From NCBI GenBank assembly GCA_045863395.1, contig BTVJ01000065.1, positions 1 through 40,894 of the forward strand: a stretch of DNA of 40,894 nucleotides, written 5' to 3'. The position numbers and the translations under genes were made by a program. Shown here piece after piece: positions 28,207 to 38,342 of this stretch. Every line of letters starts with the position of its first letter. Position 1 is the stretch's first letter. The notes below the pieces were generated by a model. The model had not been told where the DNA came from. It ran no database searches and saw only the letters and a list, made by a program, of their open reading frames with translations. Source of the DNA: Myxococcales bacterium (GTDB lineage Bacteria; Myxococcota_A; UBA9042; JABWCM01; BTVJ01).

Positions 28207-28992
28207 GTGGACTCCCTGCGACCACGACTCGCCGCCGCACTCGCGCTGCTTGCCGGCTGCGTGCAGGCGGGCGACCCGCTCTTCCAGACCGTCGCGCCGG
28301 CCGCAGATGCGGCGAGCGGCGGCCCATGCGACCAGCCGGTGGACTTCGCGACCCAGGTCGTGCCCATCCTGGAGGGCAACTGCGCCCTGTCTGGCTGCCA
28401 CAAGGGCCCCGGCGGCGCGGCGGGGCTCGTGCTGGACGGGGACGTGGCGCACGCCAACCTCGTCGGCGTGACGGCCGGTGGGTCGAGCAAGAGCCTGGTC
28501 GCGGCAGGGGACGTCGGGGGGAGCTTCGTGGCGGACCGCATCCAAGCGGCCAACGGCGCGTCCATCATGCCTCCGGTTGGGGACCCGCTGGGCGAAGACG
28601 ACCTCCAGACCGTGCTGTGCTGGATCGAGCAGGGGGCCACGCAGGCGGCAGCCGACCCGTGCGCCACGCCGGTGGACTACGAGAAGACCATCCAGCCCAT
28701 CTTCAGCTCGACGTGCGCCCTGGGGGGCTGCCACAAGGGCCCGAGCGGCGTGCTCGGCCTCGTGCTGGACGTCGGCGCGTCCTATGACCTCATCGTGGAC
28801 AAGGTGGCGAAGGGATCGTCGAAGAAGCTCATCGCCCCGGGAGACCCGGACGCCAGCTTCCTCTTCGATCGGGTCCGGGCGGCCAACGGCGCGTCGATCA
28901 TGCCCCCCGTGGGCGATCCGGTGCCGGCGGCCCAGGTGGAGCAGATCCGGTGCTGGATCCAGCAAGGCGCGCCCCGCGAGGTGGCCCCATGA
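28207..28992 (+). CDS. Di-heme c-type cytochrome lipoprotein with CX4CH motifs
   Basis: GTG start; lipobox LAG-C; two near-identical domains carrying CALSGCH and CALGGCH, each with a distal IMPP. Confidence 0.8.
   Translation: MDSLRPRLAAALALLAGCVQAGDPLFQTVAPAADAASGGPCDQPVDFATQVVPILEGNCALSGCHKGPGGAAGLVLDGDVAHANLVGVTAGGSSKSLVAAGDVGGSFVADRIQAANGASIMPPVGDPLGEDDLQTVLCWIEQGATQAAADPCATPVDYEKTIQPIFSSTCALGGCHKGPSGVLGLVLDVGASYDLIVDKVAKGSSKKLIAPGDPDASFLFDRVRAANGASIMPPVGDPVPAAQVEQIRCWIQQGAPREVAP
28324..28971 (+). repeat. Internal tandem domain duplication, 333-nt period
   Basis: Units start at 28324 and 28657; both read PC..PVD[FY]...CAL.GCHKGP.G..GLVLD...GSSK.L.A.GD...SF..DR..AANGASIMPPVGDP....CWI.QGA. 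Confidence 0.9.
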
Positions 28993-30344
28993 CGCGGTTG
29001 TCCCTGGCCACGCTCGCGCTGCTCGTCGCCTTGCCCGCCGCCGCGGCCGAGTTCCAGATCCGCTCGGACACCATCGGCGACTTCTACGGGACGCTGCGCA
29101 GCGACGGCGAGGAGATCTCACGCCGCCGCCTGCACCAGATGCTCGGCCTCGACGTGTTCGACCTGTCGGGCGACGGGTCCAACGACCTGTTCTTCGTCTC
29201 CAGCTTCCGGTTCGACAGCGATCTGGGCATCGCGCAGGAGGAGCTGGACCGGGTGGGGCAGCTCCGCCGCGAGCGCGTGAGCATCATGTACGCCTACTTC
29301 GAGGCGCGGGAGCTGCTCGGCTTCCTGGGCATCCGCCTCGGGCGCCAGATGGAGATCGACGCGGTGGACATGCTGCTCTGGGACGGGCTGAAGCTGCGCT
29401 TCGACACGCCATGGTACTTCGGCGTCGAGACCCTCGTCGGGGTGGAGGCGCGCAACGACTTCGGCCCGCTGACCACCAGCAGCTTCGAAGGGGACGGGCG
29501 CCGCGAAGGCGACCTGCTCATGGATGGCAGCTTCGGCGACGTCTCGCCGGGCCTCGTGTGGGGCGGCTCCATCTACTTGCGAGATCTGACGTGGACGCAC
29601 CTCGCCGTCACCTTCCGCGAGATCCGCAACACGGACGACGACGACATCGAGCAGCGTCGCCTCGCGGTGGCCTTCCAACAGCGCATCCAGGACTGGCTCT
29701 TCGTCGAGGGGACGGCCAGCTACGACTTCTTCCTGGAGTTGGGCAACGAGTACCGCGCTGCGCTGCGCTTCCGTCCGGTGGACTGGTTCGACGGGCGGGT
29801 CCAGTACCACTACCTGCTGCCCAGCTTCTCCGCGGACTCCATCTTCAACGTCTTCTCGTGGCGCCCCATCAACCGGGCGGAGGGCACGGGCACCTTCGAC
29901 GTGGGCCATGGCCTCACAGTGTACGGCGGCGGCTATGCCTCCTTCCTGGAGACCGACGCCCTCGGCGAGAAGGTGACCGACCGCATGGTGCAGGACACGG
30001 GCATCCAGGCCGGCGCGCGGTGGGTGCCGGGGCCCGAGGGGCAGGTGTGGCTCGACGCCCAGACCCAGTTCGGCTACGGCGGCGACCAGACGTTCGTCAG
30101 CGCGGGCGCCGAGTGGTGGTTCCTGGAGCGCACCCTGGGCGTGGACGGCCGCGTGGTGCTCATCCTCTGGGACGATCAGGTCCAGCAGAACCTGGAGGGC
30201 ACGCTGTTCGGGGTGCAGGCCGGCGGCACGTGGCAGTTCGTGCAAGGTGGCAAGCTGCGGCTCCTCGTCGAGGAGGCGACCACCGAGCTCCAGCCGAGCT
30301 GGTTCCGGGCGATGGGCATGGTGGAGATCTCACGGTGGCTGTGA
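28989..30344 (+). CDS. Predicted outer-membrane beta-barrel (porin partner of the cytochromes)
   Basis: Sec signal ending AAA; alternating amphipathic strands rich in G/Y/F/W; 4-nt overlaps with both flanking cytochrome genes; 451 aa. Confidence 0.8.
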   Translation: MTRLSLATLALLVALPAAAAEFQIRSDTIGDFYGTLRSDGEEISRRRLHQMLGLDVFDLSGDGSNDLFFVSSFRFDSDLGIAQEELDRVGQLRRERVSIMYAYFEARELLGFLGIRLGRQMEIDAVDMLLWDGLKLRFDTPWYFGVETLVGVEARNDFGPLTTSSFEGDGRREGDLLMDGSFGDVSPGLVWGGSIYLRDLTWTHLAVTFREIRNTDDDDIEQRRLAVAFQQRIQDWLFVEGTASYDFFLELGNEYRAALRFRPVDWFDGRVQYHYLLPSFSADSIFNVFSWRPINRAEGTGTFDVGHGLTVYGGGYASFLETDALGEKVTDRMVQDTGIQAGARWVPGPEGQVWLDAQTQFGYGGDQTFVSAGAEWWFLERTLGVDGRVVLILWDDQVQQNLEGTLFGVQAGGTWQFVQGGKLRLLVEEATTELQPSWFRAMGMVEISRWL

Positions 30345-31630
30345 ACGCAAGACGGATCATCATCGGGGTCGCGCTCGTGGGAGTCGGGGTTGCCAGCGTG
30401 TCCGCCCAGAGCTGGGACGGCACGAACCCCGACGCGACCGTCGTCGACCGGCACCACACCCCGTCGGGCGTGATCTTCCCGGACCAGCGCCTGCCCCTCC
30501 GCATGCTCCACGGAGTTCACCTGAAGCTCGGGCTCCAGTGCGTCCAGTGCCACGAGGACGCCGAGTCCAGCACGCGCGCGTCGGACAACCTGCTCCCGAA
30601 GGGTGAGTCCTGCGATATGTGCCACCAGCTCACCGAGCCCGACCCGGGCAAGCTGGTCCCCGCGGCGGCGTGCAGCACCTGCCACCTGGGCGCGAAGGAC
30701 GGCGCGCTGGCGACGGGAGTGAACCCCCACGAGGCGAAGCCGGGGACGCTGCCCAGAGAGGCGCTCCCGCCCTCGGTGCACCTGCCGCCCCCGAACCTGA
30801 AGTTCAACCACAAGGTCCACGTGGACCGGAAGATCGAGTGCACCACCTGCCACGAGGGCATGGACGGCATCGGCACCGCCACGCGAGACAACGCGCTGCC
30901 GGTCATGGGCAAGTGCCTGGAGTGCCACGACAACAAGCAGGCGCCCTCGGCCTGCGGCACCTGCCACGTGACCACGCCCGACAACCTGGTCGTCAAGGAC
31001 TACCCCACGGGCAAGCTGGCCCCGAAGGGCTACTACCGGAGCGACAACCACGGCGCGCCCGACTGGGTGAGGGCCCACGAGGTGGCTGCGCGCGCCGACG
31101 AGAGCTACTGCGCGGCCTGCCACACGAAGCGGGAGTGCACCGAGTGCCACAACGGCATCCTGCGCCCCATGAGCATCCACCCCGCCAACTGGGTGCTCCT
31201 GCACCCGACCACGGCCCGCAAGAACAGCCTGGAGTGCCAGAGCTGCCACCGGGAGCAGAGCTTCTGCCTCGACTGCCACCAGCGCTCCCGCCTGTCGGAC
31301 CTGTCGCCCAACGACAACCCGGGCGTGCTCGTCCACCCCCGCGGCTGGGTCAACAACCTCGTCGGTGGGGAGAGGCCTGGCCCGAACCACCACAAGTGGC
31401 AGGCACAGCGAAACATCCGCACCTGCGCGAGCTGTCACCAGGAGAACACCTGCGTCAAGTGCCACTCGGCGCGGGACGTGCCAGGCTTCGGCGTCACCCC
31501 CAAGTTCAACAAGGTCAACCCGCACCCCGCGGACTTCGCGACCCGGTGCGGCACCATGCTCGCCGCCAACAAGGGCATGTGCAGCAAGTGCCACGACCCG
31601 GGTGACCCGCACCTGGCCCGCTGCCGCTGA
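30341..31630 (+). CDS. Periplasmic multiheme cytochrome c with 13 CxxCH motifs
   Basis: GTG start with signal peptide. Motifs: CVQCH, CDMCH, CSTCH, CTTCH, CLECH, CGTCH, CAACH, CTECH, CQSCH, CLDCH, CASCH, CVKCH, CSKCH. Also c3/c7-like HxxH motifs (LHGVH, FNHKVH). Confidence 0.95.
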   Translation: MNARRIIIGVALVGVGVASVSAQSWDGTNPDATVVDRHHTPSGVIFPDQRLPLRMLHGVHLKLGLQCVQCHEDAESSTRASDNLLPKGESCDMCHQLTEPDPGKLVPAAACSTCHLGAKDGALATGVNPHEAKPGTLPREALPPSVHLPPPNLKFNHKVHVDRKIECTTCHEGMDGIGTATRDNALPVMGKCLECHDNKQAPSACGTCHVTTPDNLVVKDYPTGKLAPKGYYRSDNHGAPDWVRAHEVAARADESYCAACHTKRECTECHNGILRPMSIHPANWVLLHPTTARKNSLECQSCHREQSFCLDCHQRSRLSDLSPNDNPGVLVHPRGWVNNLVGGERPGPNHHKWQAQRNIRTCASCHQENTCVKCHSARDVPGFGVTPKFNKVNPHPADFATRCGTMLAANKGMCSKCHDPGDPHLARCR

Positions 31631-31796
31631 CCCCCCGAGGTAGGGGCACCACGCGCCTTCCACCACACCACGGGAGCCCTGGCCACGCGCAGGCGTCTCC
31701 GACTGGGGCCCCGACCCATGCCTCCCCGCCCCCTTGCGCAGCGAGACCCTCGCGCCCCTTGACCGGCGGCGCGCGGATGGGGTTGGATCCCCCGTG

Positions 31797-32753
31797 ATGA
31801 GCGACCGGCCGGACACCAGCCTCCGAGAACTCGTGCGCGGGGGCGTGGAGGCACTGCTGGAGGAAGGCAAGTACGTTCGGGACCGCCTGGCGGCAAATGC
31901 GGCGGCACGGGAGCGCACAAAGCCGTCCGCTGGCGAGCTGCTCCTGATGAAGCGCGAGCGCAAGCGCAGGCGCCTCCGATCTCACACGCACTCCTTCGTG
32001 TCGGTCATCCTGGGCCTTGCCGTCATCAACGTGATCACAGGGCTCGCGTCGGGCGCCTTCTTCCCGTGGGTCCTGCTCGTCGCGGCGTCCTGGGGAATGG
32101 GCCTCTCCATGCACGCCATGGGCTTCCGGTCCTGGGTGCAAGACCACGAGAGAGCTCTGGTCGCCGCCGAGGCCGAGCTGGGGGTGAGCCCGCCGCCGCA
32201 GCTCCCCCCGCTACAGAGAGGCAGGCCTCCGGTCTCTGGAGACCCGGCCTGGGAGGCTCTGCTCGCCCGATGCCGCGCCGCCGTCACCAGCGCGCAGGCC
32301 GCGCTCGCCGATGCAGGCAGCGACCGGGACACGATCGAGCGCCTGAGGTCGGGCCTCACCGACGTGGAGCACCTCGCGGCTGGAGCCGAGAAGGTGCGGC
32401 GGGCGCTCGCCGAGATCGCCCCCGAAGGGGCGAGCCTCGACGGCGAGATCGCGCGCCTGGACGGCCGCATCAACGCGGCGGACGACGAGCGGCTGCGCGG
32501 CGTGTACCTGGCCAACCGCACTCTGCTGCAGGCGCGCAAGGCCAAGGTCACCGCGCTGCGGGCGGAGCGGGAGCGCATGGCGGCGAGCGCCGAGGGCTTC
32601 CTGCTCGCCGTGGAGAACGTGAGGCTGGACGCGGCACGCATTGGGGCCGGGCACGTGCCCGCCCTGTCCGCGGCCCTGGGGGACACACTGGACAGGCTCT
32701 CTACCGAGGTCAGCATCCTGCGGCAGGTGGAGGAGGAGCTGGAGACGCTATGA
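31797..32753 (+). CDS. 2TM-domain membrane protein with C-terminal coiled coil
   Basis: H..SFVSVILGLAVIN....FPW.....SWGMGL.MH is a typical 2TM domain; long A/E/R/L-rich helical tail. Start position uncertain. Confidence 0.7.
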   Translation: MSDRPDTSLRELVRGGVEALLEEGKYVRDRLAANAAARERTKPSAGELLLMKRERKRRRLRSHTHSFVSVILGLAVINVITGLASGAFFPWVLLVAASWGMGLSMHAMGFRSWVQDHERALVAAEAELGVSPPPQLPPLQRGRPPVSGDPAWEALLARCRAAVTSAQAALADAGSDRDTIERLRSGLTDVEHLAAGAEKVRRALAEIAPEGASLDGEIARLDGRINAADDERLRGVYLANRTLLQARKAKVTALRAERERMAASAEGFLLAVENVRLDAARIGAGHVPALSAALGDTLDRLSTEVSILRQVEEELETL

Positions 32754-33412
32754 TGGTCGATGGGGCAGACACCGCCCCGCACAAGCTCGAGGTGATGCGC
32801 GACATCATGGAGCAGGGCATCGCCATGGTGCACCTGGACCCGCGCAAGGAGGGGGTCCAGGTCCCCGAGCGGTTCAGGCACGACCCGGTGCTCCGCCTGA
32901 ACTTCGCCTATGGCTTCCGCCTGCCCGCGCTGACCGTGGACGACGAGGGGGTCTACGCCATCCTCAACTTCCAGGGGGAGCGGGCCGCCTGCAACATCCC
33001 CTGGAGCGCGGTGTTTGCCATCACGGCTCCCGAGCACCCGGGGCTCGGGCACCTGTGGCCGGAGGACGTCCCCCAGGAGCTGGTCGAGCACGTGGTCGCC
33101 AAGGCGTCCCGGCCCGCGCTCCGGGAGGTGGGGGTAGCCGAGGGGCCCGGGGAGACCACGAAGCCCGACAAGCCGCGGCCCGGCCCGAAGCCCCGCGCAA
33201 AGCTGAGCGTGGCCGCCAGCGCCAAGGGGACCTCGCGAGGAGGTGAGGACACGCACAGCGCAGGGCCCGGGAACGAGGTGAGTGTCGACGACGGCCCCCG
33301 GGAGATCACCAAGCCCGGCAAGCCGCGGCCTGGCGCCAAGACCAAGGTGGAGCGCCACACACCGCCCCCCGACGGGCCCCGCCCCAAGGGGCACCTGCGC
33401 GTGATCAAGTGA
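32750..33412 (+). CDS. sspB: SspB-like ClpXP adaptor
   Basis: MVHLDPRKEGVQVP...LRLNF...IPWSAVFAI core, disordered linker and C-terminal HLRVIK (ClpX-binding LRVVK-like motif). Confidence 0.82.
   Translation: MMVDGADTAPHKLEVMRDIMEQGIAMVHLDPRKEGVQVPERFRHDPVLRLNFAYGFRLPALTVDDEGVYAILNFQGERAACNIPWSAVFAITAPEHPGLGHLWPEDVPQELVEHVVAKASRPALREVGVAEGPGETTKPDKPRPGPKPRAKLSVAASAKGTSRGGEDTHSAGPGNEVSVDDGPREITKPGKPRPGAKTKVERHTPPPDGPRPKGHLRVIK
33143..33340 (+). repeat. Imperfect direct repeat of about 48 nt in the SspB linker
   Basis: GPGETTKPDKPRPGPK at 33143 and GPREITKPGKPRPGAK at 33293, 150 nt apart. Confidence 0.7.
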
Positions 33413-34278
33413 AGAGCCGCCAGTTGCAGGCCGCCGGCCTGCGCTGGCGGTGCCTGGAGGCCGGCGAGGGACCGCCGCTGGTGCTGCTCCACGGCTTCCC
33501 CGAGGACGCCCGCAGCTTCGACCGCGTGCTTCCGGCGCTGCCCGGACTCCGCTTGATCGCGCCCGACCTCAAGGGCTACGGGGAGACCGACAAGCCGCGC
33601 CCCGGGGGCCCCAACGGCGACTACCGCCCGAGCCGTATGGCGGACGAGCTTGCGGCCCTCCTCGACGTCCTCGCGGCGGAGGCCGGCGTCCAGCAGCTCG
33701 ACGTGGTGGGGCACGACTGGGGGGGCATCCTGCTTTCGGCGCTCGTCGCCCGCCACCCGCGCCTGGTGCGCCGGGCGGTGCTGCTCAACGCCCCGGTCGT
33801 GCGCTTCGTCCCGTGGCGCCCGGTCCACGTCTACGCGTTCAACCTCCCGTGGCTCCCCGAGGCGGCCTTCGCTCGCGATCCGCGCGCCTTCGTGCGGGGC
33901 ATCCTCCGCTGGTGGACGGCCGTGGACGAGGCCTTCACCGAGGAGGACGTCGCCCGGTACGCCGAGGCCCTCTCCGGCGGCTCCATCCGGTGCGCCCTGG
34001 CCTACTACCGGGGGCTCCCCCGGGACCTGCCGTTCATCGTGGACGCGTGGCGGAGCCTACGGACGCGCCCCGCTCCCCCGACCCTGATCATCTGGGGGGC
34101 GCGGGACCCGATCCTTCCGCTGGCGGTGGGCCGCATGGGGGCCGAGGACCTCCGCGCGCGCCTGGCCGTCATCCCTGCCGCGGGGCACTTCGTGCACCGG
34201 GAGGCACCGGCGGAGGTCGCGCGCCTGATCCTGGAGCACCTGGAGGTCAGTCCGAGCCGGCGAGGGACCCGACCGTAG
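33409..34278 (+). CDS. Alpha/beta hydrolase, epoxide hydrolase-like
   Basis: HGFPE, DLKGYG, GHDWG nucleophile, LAYYR, WGARDP and GHFVH; GTGA overlap with sspB. Confidence 0.9.
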   Translation: MKSRQLQAAGLRWRCLEAGEGPPLVLLHGFPEDARSFDRVLPALPGLRLIAPDLKGYGETDKPRPGGPNGDYRPSRMADELAALLDVLAAEAGVQQLDVVGHDWGGILLSALVARHPRLVRRAVLLNAPVVRFVPWRPVHVYAFNLPWLPEAAFARDPRAFVRGILRWWTAVDEAFTEEDVARYAEALSGGSIRCALAYYRGLPRDLPFIVDAWRSLRTRPAPPTLIIWGARDPILPLAVGRMGAEDLRARLAVIPAAGHFVHREAPAEVARLILEHLEVSPSRRGTRP

Positions 34279-34609
34279 CGCGTGGGGCTGCCGGTGCCTT
34301 GGGGGCTCCCTCCCCTTCCAGCTTCGTGACGTCCCCCGTCGTGAACAGGTAGGTGCGCAGCTCCTCGTCCAGCTTGGGGACGCGGCGCCGCAGCCACTCC
34401 AGGGTCATCACGGCGTGCTCTATCTCCTCGTTCATGTTGTGCACGAGGATGGCGCGCAGCTCCTCGTCGCTGGCTGCGTCGGAGCGCTGGCGATACCAGT
34501 CCACGGCCTCCAGCTCCTCGATCAACGAGATGATGGCCCTGTGGATGTCGATGGTCTGTGGCGTGAGCTTGTCGGCAGGCTCGTGGAGTCCGGTGTGTGC
34601 ATCGCCCAT
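34247..34609 (-). CDS. Encapsulated ferritin (EncFtn/Flp) with encapsulin targeting peptide
   Basis: [19 protein letters not shown]...[15 protein letters not shown]...LRTYLFT matches R. rubrum EncFtn; C-terminal ATVGSL. Confidence 0.93.
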   Translation of the reverse strand: MGDAHTGLHEPADKLTPQTIDIHRAIISLIEELEAVDWYRQRSDAASDEELRAILVHNMNEEIEHAVMTLEWLRRRVPKLDEELRTYLFTTGDVTKLEGEGAPKAPAAPRATVGSLAGSD

Positions 34610-34722
34610 GGGTTCCTCCAGGTCAGTACGGCGCGACCACTCTAGTGAATCCGTCCGCCGGGTGTCCACCCTTGCCAACCGCAGACCCGCCCGCTATACA
34701 TCGCGCGACGACGGAGAGGGCG

Positions 34723-36276
<1,554 letters not shown>

Positions 36277-36296
36277 CATTGATTGGAGCCAATCCC

Positions 36297-36764
36297 ATGA
36301 GTGAGCTCGAGGTCAAGAAGGTCCTGATCCCCGTCGACTTCTCCGACACGTCGCGCAAGGCGTTCTACATCGGGCTCAAGATGGCCAAGATGTTCGACGC
36401 CGACACCTACGTGCTGCACGTCAACGAGCCCCTGAGCACCTTCGACAGCGGCTTCGAGGCGGTCGAGGACACGGCCGGCAAGGTCCAGCGCCTGGAGGAC
36501 GGGGTCAAGCGGCGCATCAACGAGCTGTTCGAGAAGGGCGGCATCGACCAGGTGGACCGCCGCCGCGTCTTCACCGAGATCCAAGGCGGCAAGCCCCACG
36601 TGGTCATCGTCCAGTTCGCGAAGGAGAAGGGCATCGACCTCATCGTCATGGGCACCCACGGCCACACGGGCCTGAAGGCCGCCCTCATCGGCAGCCAGTC
36701 GGAGCGTGTCGTGCGCCGCGCCCCGTGCCACGTCTTCGTGGTGAAGGCCGACGAGGAGGCATAG
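36297..36764 (+). CDS. Universal stress protein
   Basis: VLIPVDFS...DLIVMGTHG...IGSQSERVVRRAPCHVFVV. Confidence 0.93.
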   Translation: MSELEVKKVLIPVDFSDTSRKAFYIGLKMAKMFDADTYVLHVNEPLSTFDSGFEAVEDTAGKVQRLEDGVKRRINELFEKGGIDQVDRRRVFTEIQGGKPHVVIVQFAKEKGIDLIVMGTHGHTGLKAALIGSQSERVVRRAPCHVFVVKADEEA

Positions 36765-36839
36765 CCCCGACGATCTGGTGCCAGTCCCCCCGCGCGCGGT
36801 ATACTGCTCCGTCGACTGCCAGACCAGGACGGAGGAACC

Positions 36840-38339
36840 GTGACCGATCCGCACGGCGCGTGGGTGCCCGGCGCCCACCCGGCGCTCTTCAACGACGACC
36901 TCGCCCCGACCCGCCCCGAGCAGCGCACCTGGAACGTCTGGAGCTTCGCCGCCCTGTGGGTGGGCATGGCCGTGTGCATCCCCACCTACATGCTTGCCAG
37001 CAGCCTCATGGGCAAGGGCATGGCCTGGTGGCAGGCCATCGTCACCATCCTCCTCGGCAACGCCATCGTGCTCGTCCCCATGGTGCTCAACGCCCACGCG
37101 GGCGCGCGCTACGGGGTCCCGTACCCCGTGTTCGCCCGCGCGGCCTTCGGTGTCTTCGGCGCCAACGTACCCGCCATGCTGCGGGCCATCGTGGCGTGCG
37201 GCTGGTTCGGCATCCAGACGTGGATCGGCGGCGCCGCGATCTACCAGGCGGTCGAGGCCCTGTCGCCCGGCCTGCTGGAGCTGCCGCGCGTCTTCCCCGC
37301 AGCGCTCGGCCTGGAGACGGGCCCCTTCCTCTGCTTCTTGATCTTCTGGGTCATCAACATGGCCGTCGTGTGGCGAGGGCTCGAGTCCATCAAGTGGATC
37401 GAGGTGTGGGCCGCCCCGTTCCTGCTGGTCTGCGGCTTGGCGCTGCTCGGCTGGGCGGTGGCGCGCGTCGGCGGCTTTGGCCCCATCCTGGACCGCCCGG
37501 CGAGCTTCCCCGTGGGCGAAGACTTCTGGTCCGTGTTCTTCCCGGGGCTGACGGCCATGGTGGGCTTCTGGGCGACCTTGTCCCTGAACATCCCCGACTT
37601 CACCCGCTACGCCCGGAGCCAGCGGGATCAGGTGCTCGGACAGGCCATCGGGCTGCCCACCACCATGACGCTCTTCTCGTTCATCGGGGTGGCCGTCACG
37701 GGCGCGACGGTGATCCTCTTCGGCAAGGAGATCTGGGACCCCGTCGCCCTGGTCGGGCGCTTCGGGAGCCCGGTGGTGGTCTGCGTCGCGATGGTGGCGC
37801 TGGCCATCGCCACCCTGTCGACCAACATCGCGGCCAACGTGGTGGGGCCGGCCAATGACTTCTCGAACCTGGCGCCGAAGCGCATCACGTTCAAGCTCGG
37901 CGCGACGATCACGGGCATCCTCGGCATCGTGATCATGCCCTGGAAGCTGCTGGCCAACCCGGACGGCTACATCTTCACCTGGCTCATCGGGTACTCGGCG
38001 CTGCTCGGCCCCATCGGCGGCATCCTCATCGCGGACTACTTCATCGTCCGGCGGACGGAGCTCCTCGCGACGGACCTCTACCGCCACCCCGGCTCGTACA
38101 GCTATGGCGGGGGCGTCAACTGGGTGGCCATGTTCGCGCTCGTCGCGTCCATCCTGCCCAACGTGCCCGGCTTCCTCGCCAAGGTGGGGGCCGTGCCGGA
38201 GGCCACGGTCACGCCTGCCTTCCACACCATCTATACTTATGCGTGGTTCGTGGGCTTCTTCAGCGCGGGGGCGATCTACGTCATCCTGACCTGGGCAGCC
38301 ACCCGATCCGCGGCGGGTGCTGCGGCCCCGACCGCCTGA
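36840..38339 (+). CDS. NCS1 nucleobase:cation symporter
   Basis: LWVGM, GWFGIQTW, LNIPDFTRY, NIAANVV and MPWKL motifs; about 12 TM segments; GTG start with GGAGG RBS. Confidence 0.95.
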   Translation: MTDPHGAWVPGAHPALFNDDLAPTRPEQRTWNVWSFAALWVGMAVCIPTYMLASSLMGKGMAWWQAIVTILLGNAIVLVPMVLNAHAGARYGVPYPVFARAAFGVFGANVPAMLRAIVACGWFGIQTWIGGAAIYQAVEALSPGLLELPRVFPAALGLETGPFLCFLIFWVINMAVVWRGLESIKWIEVWAAPFLLVCGLALLGWAVARVGGFGPILDRPASFPVGEDFWSVFFPGLTAMVGFWATLSLNIPDFTRYARSQRDQVLGQAIGLPTTMTLFSFIGVAVTGATVILFGKEIWDPVALVGRFGSPVVVCVAMVALAIATLSTNIAANVVGPANDFSNLAPKRITFKLGATITGILGIVIMPWKLLANPDGYIFTWLIGYSALLGPIGGILIADYFIVRRTELLATDLYRHPGSYSYGGGVNWVAMFALVASILPNVPGFLAKVGAVPEATVTPAFHTIYTYAWFVGFFSAGAIYVILTWAATRSAAGAAAPTA

Positions 38340-38342
38340 CCG

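Noticed and set aside
28478..30340. 1050-aa ORF suggesting a giant cytochrome fusion
   Set aside because: The upstream part is off-frame over the di-heme and barrel genes. The cytochrome starts at GTG 30341 with a signal peptide.
36840..38339. NCS1 as part of a pyrimidine/hydantoin catabolic cluster
   Set aside because: No hydantoinase, dihydropyrimidine dehydrogenase or ureidopropionase gene is adjacent; substrate cannot be assigned.
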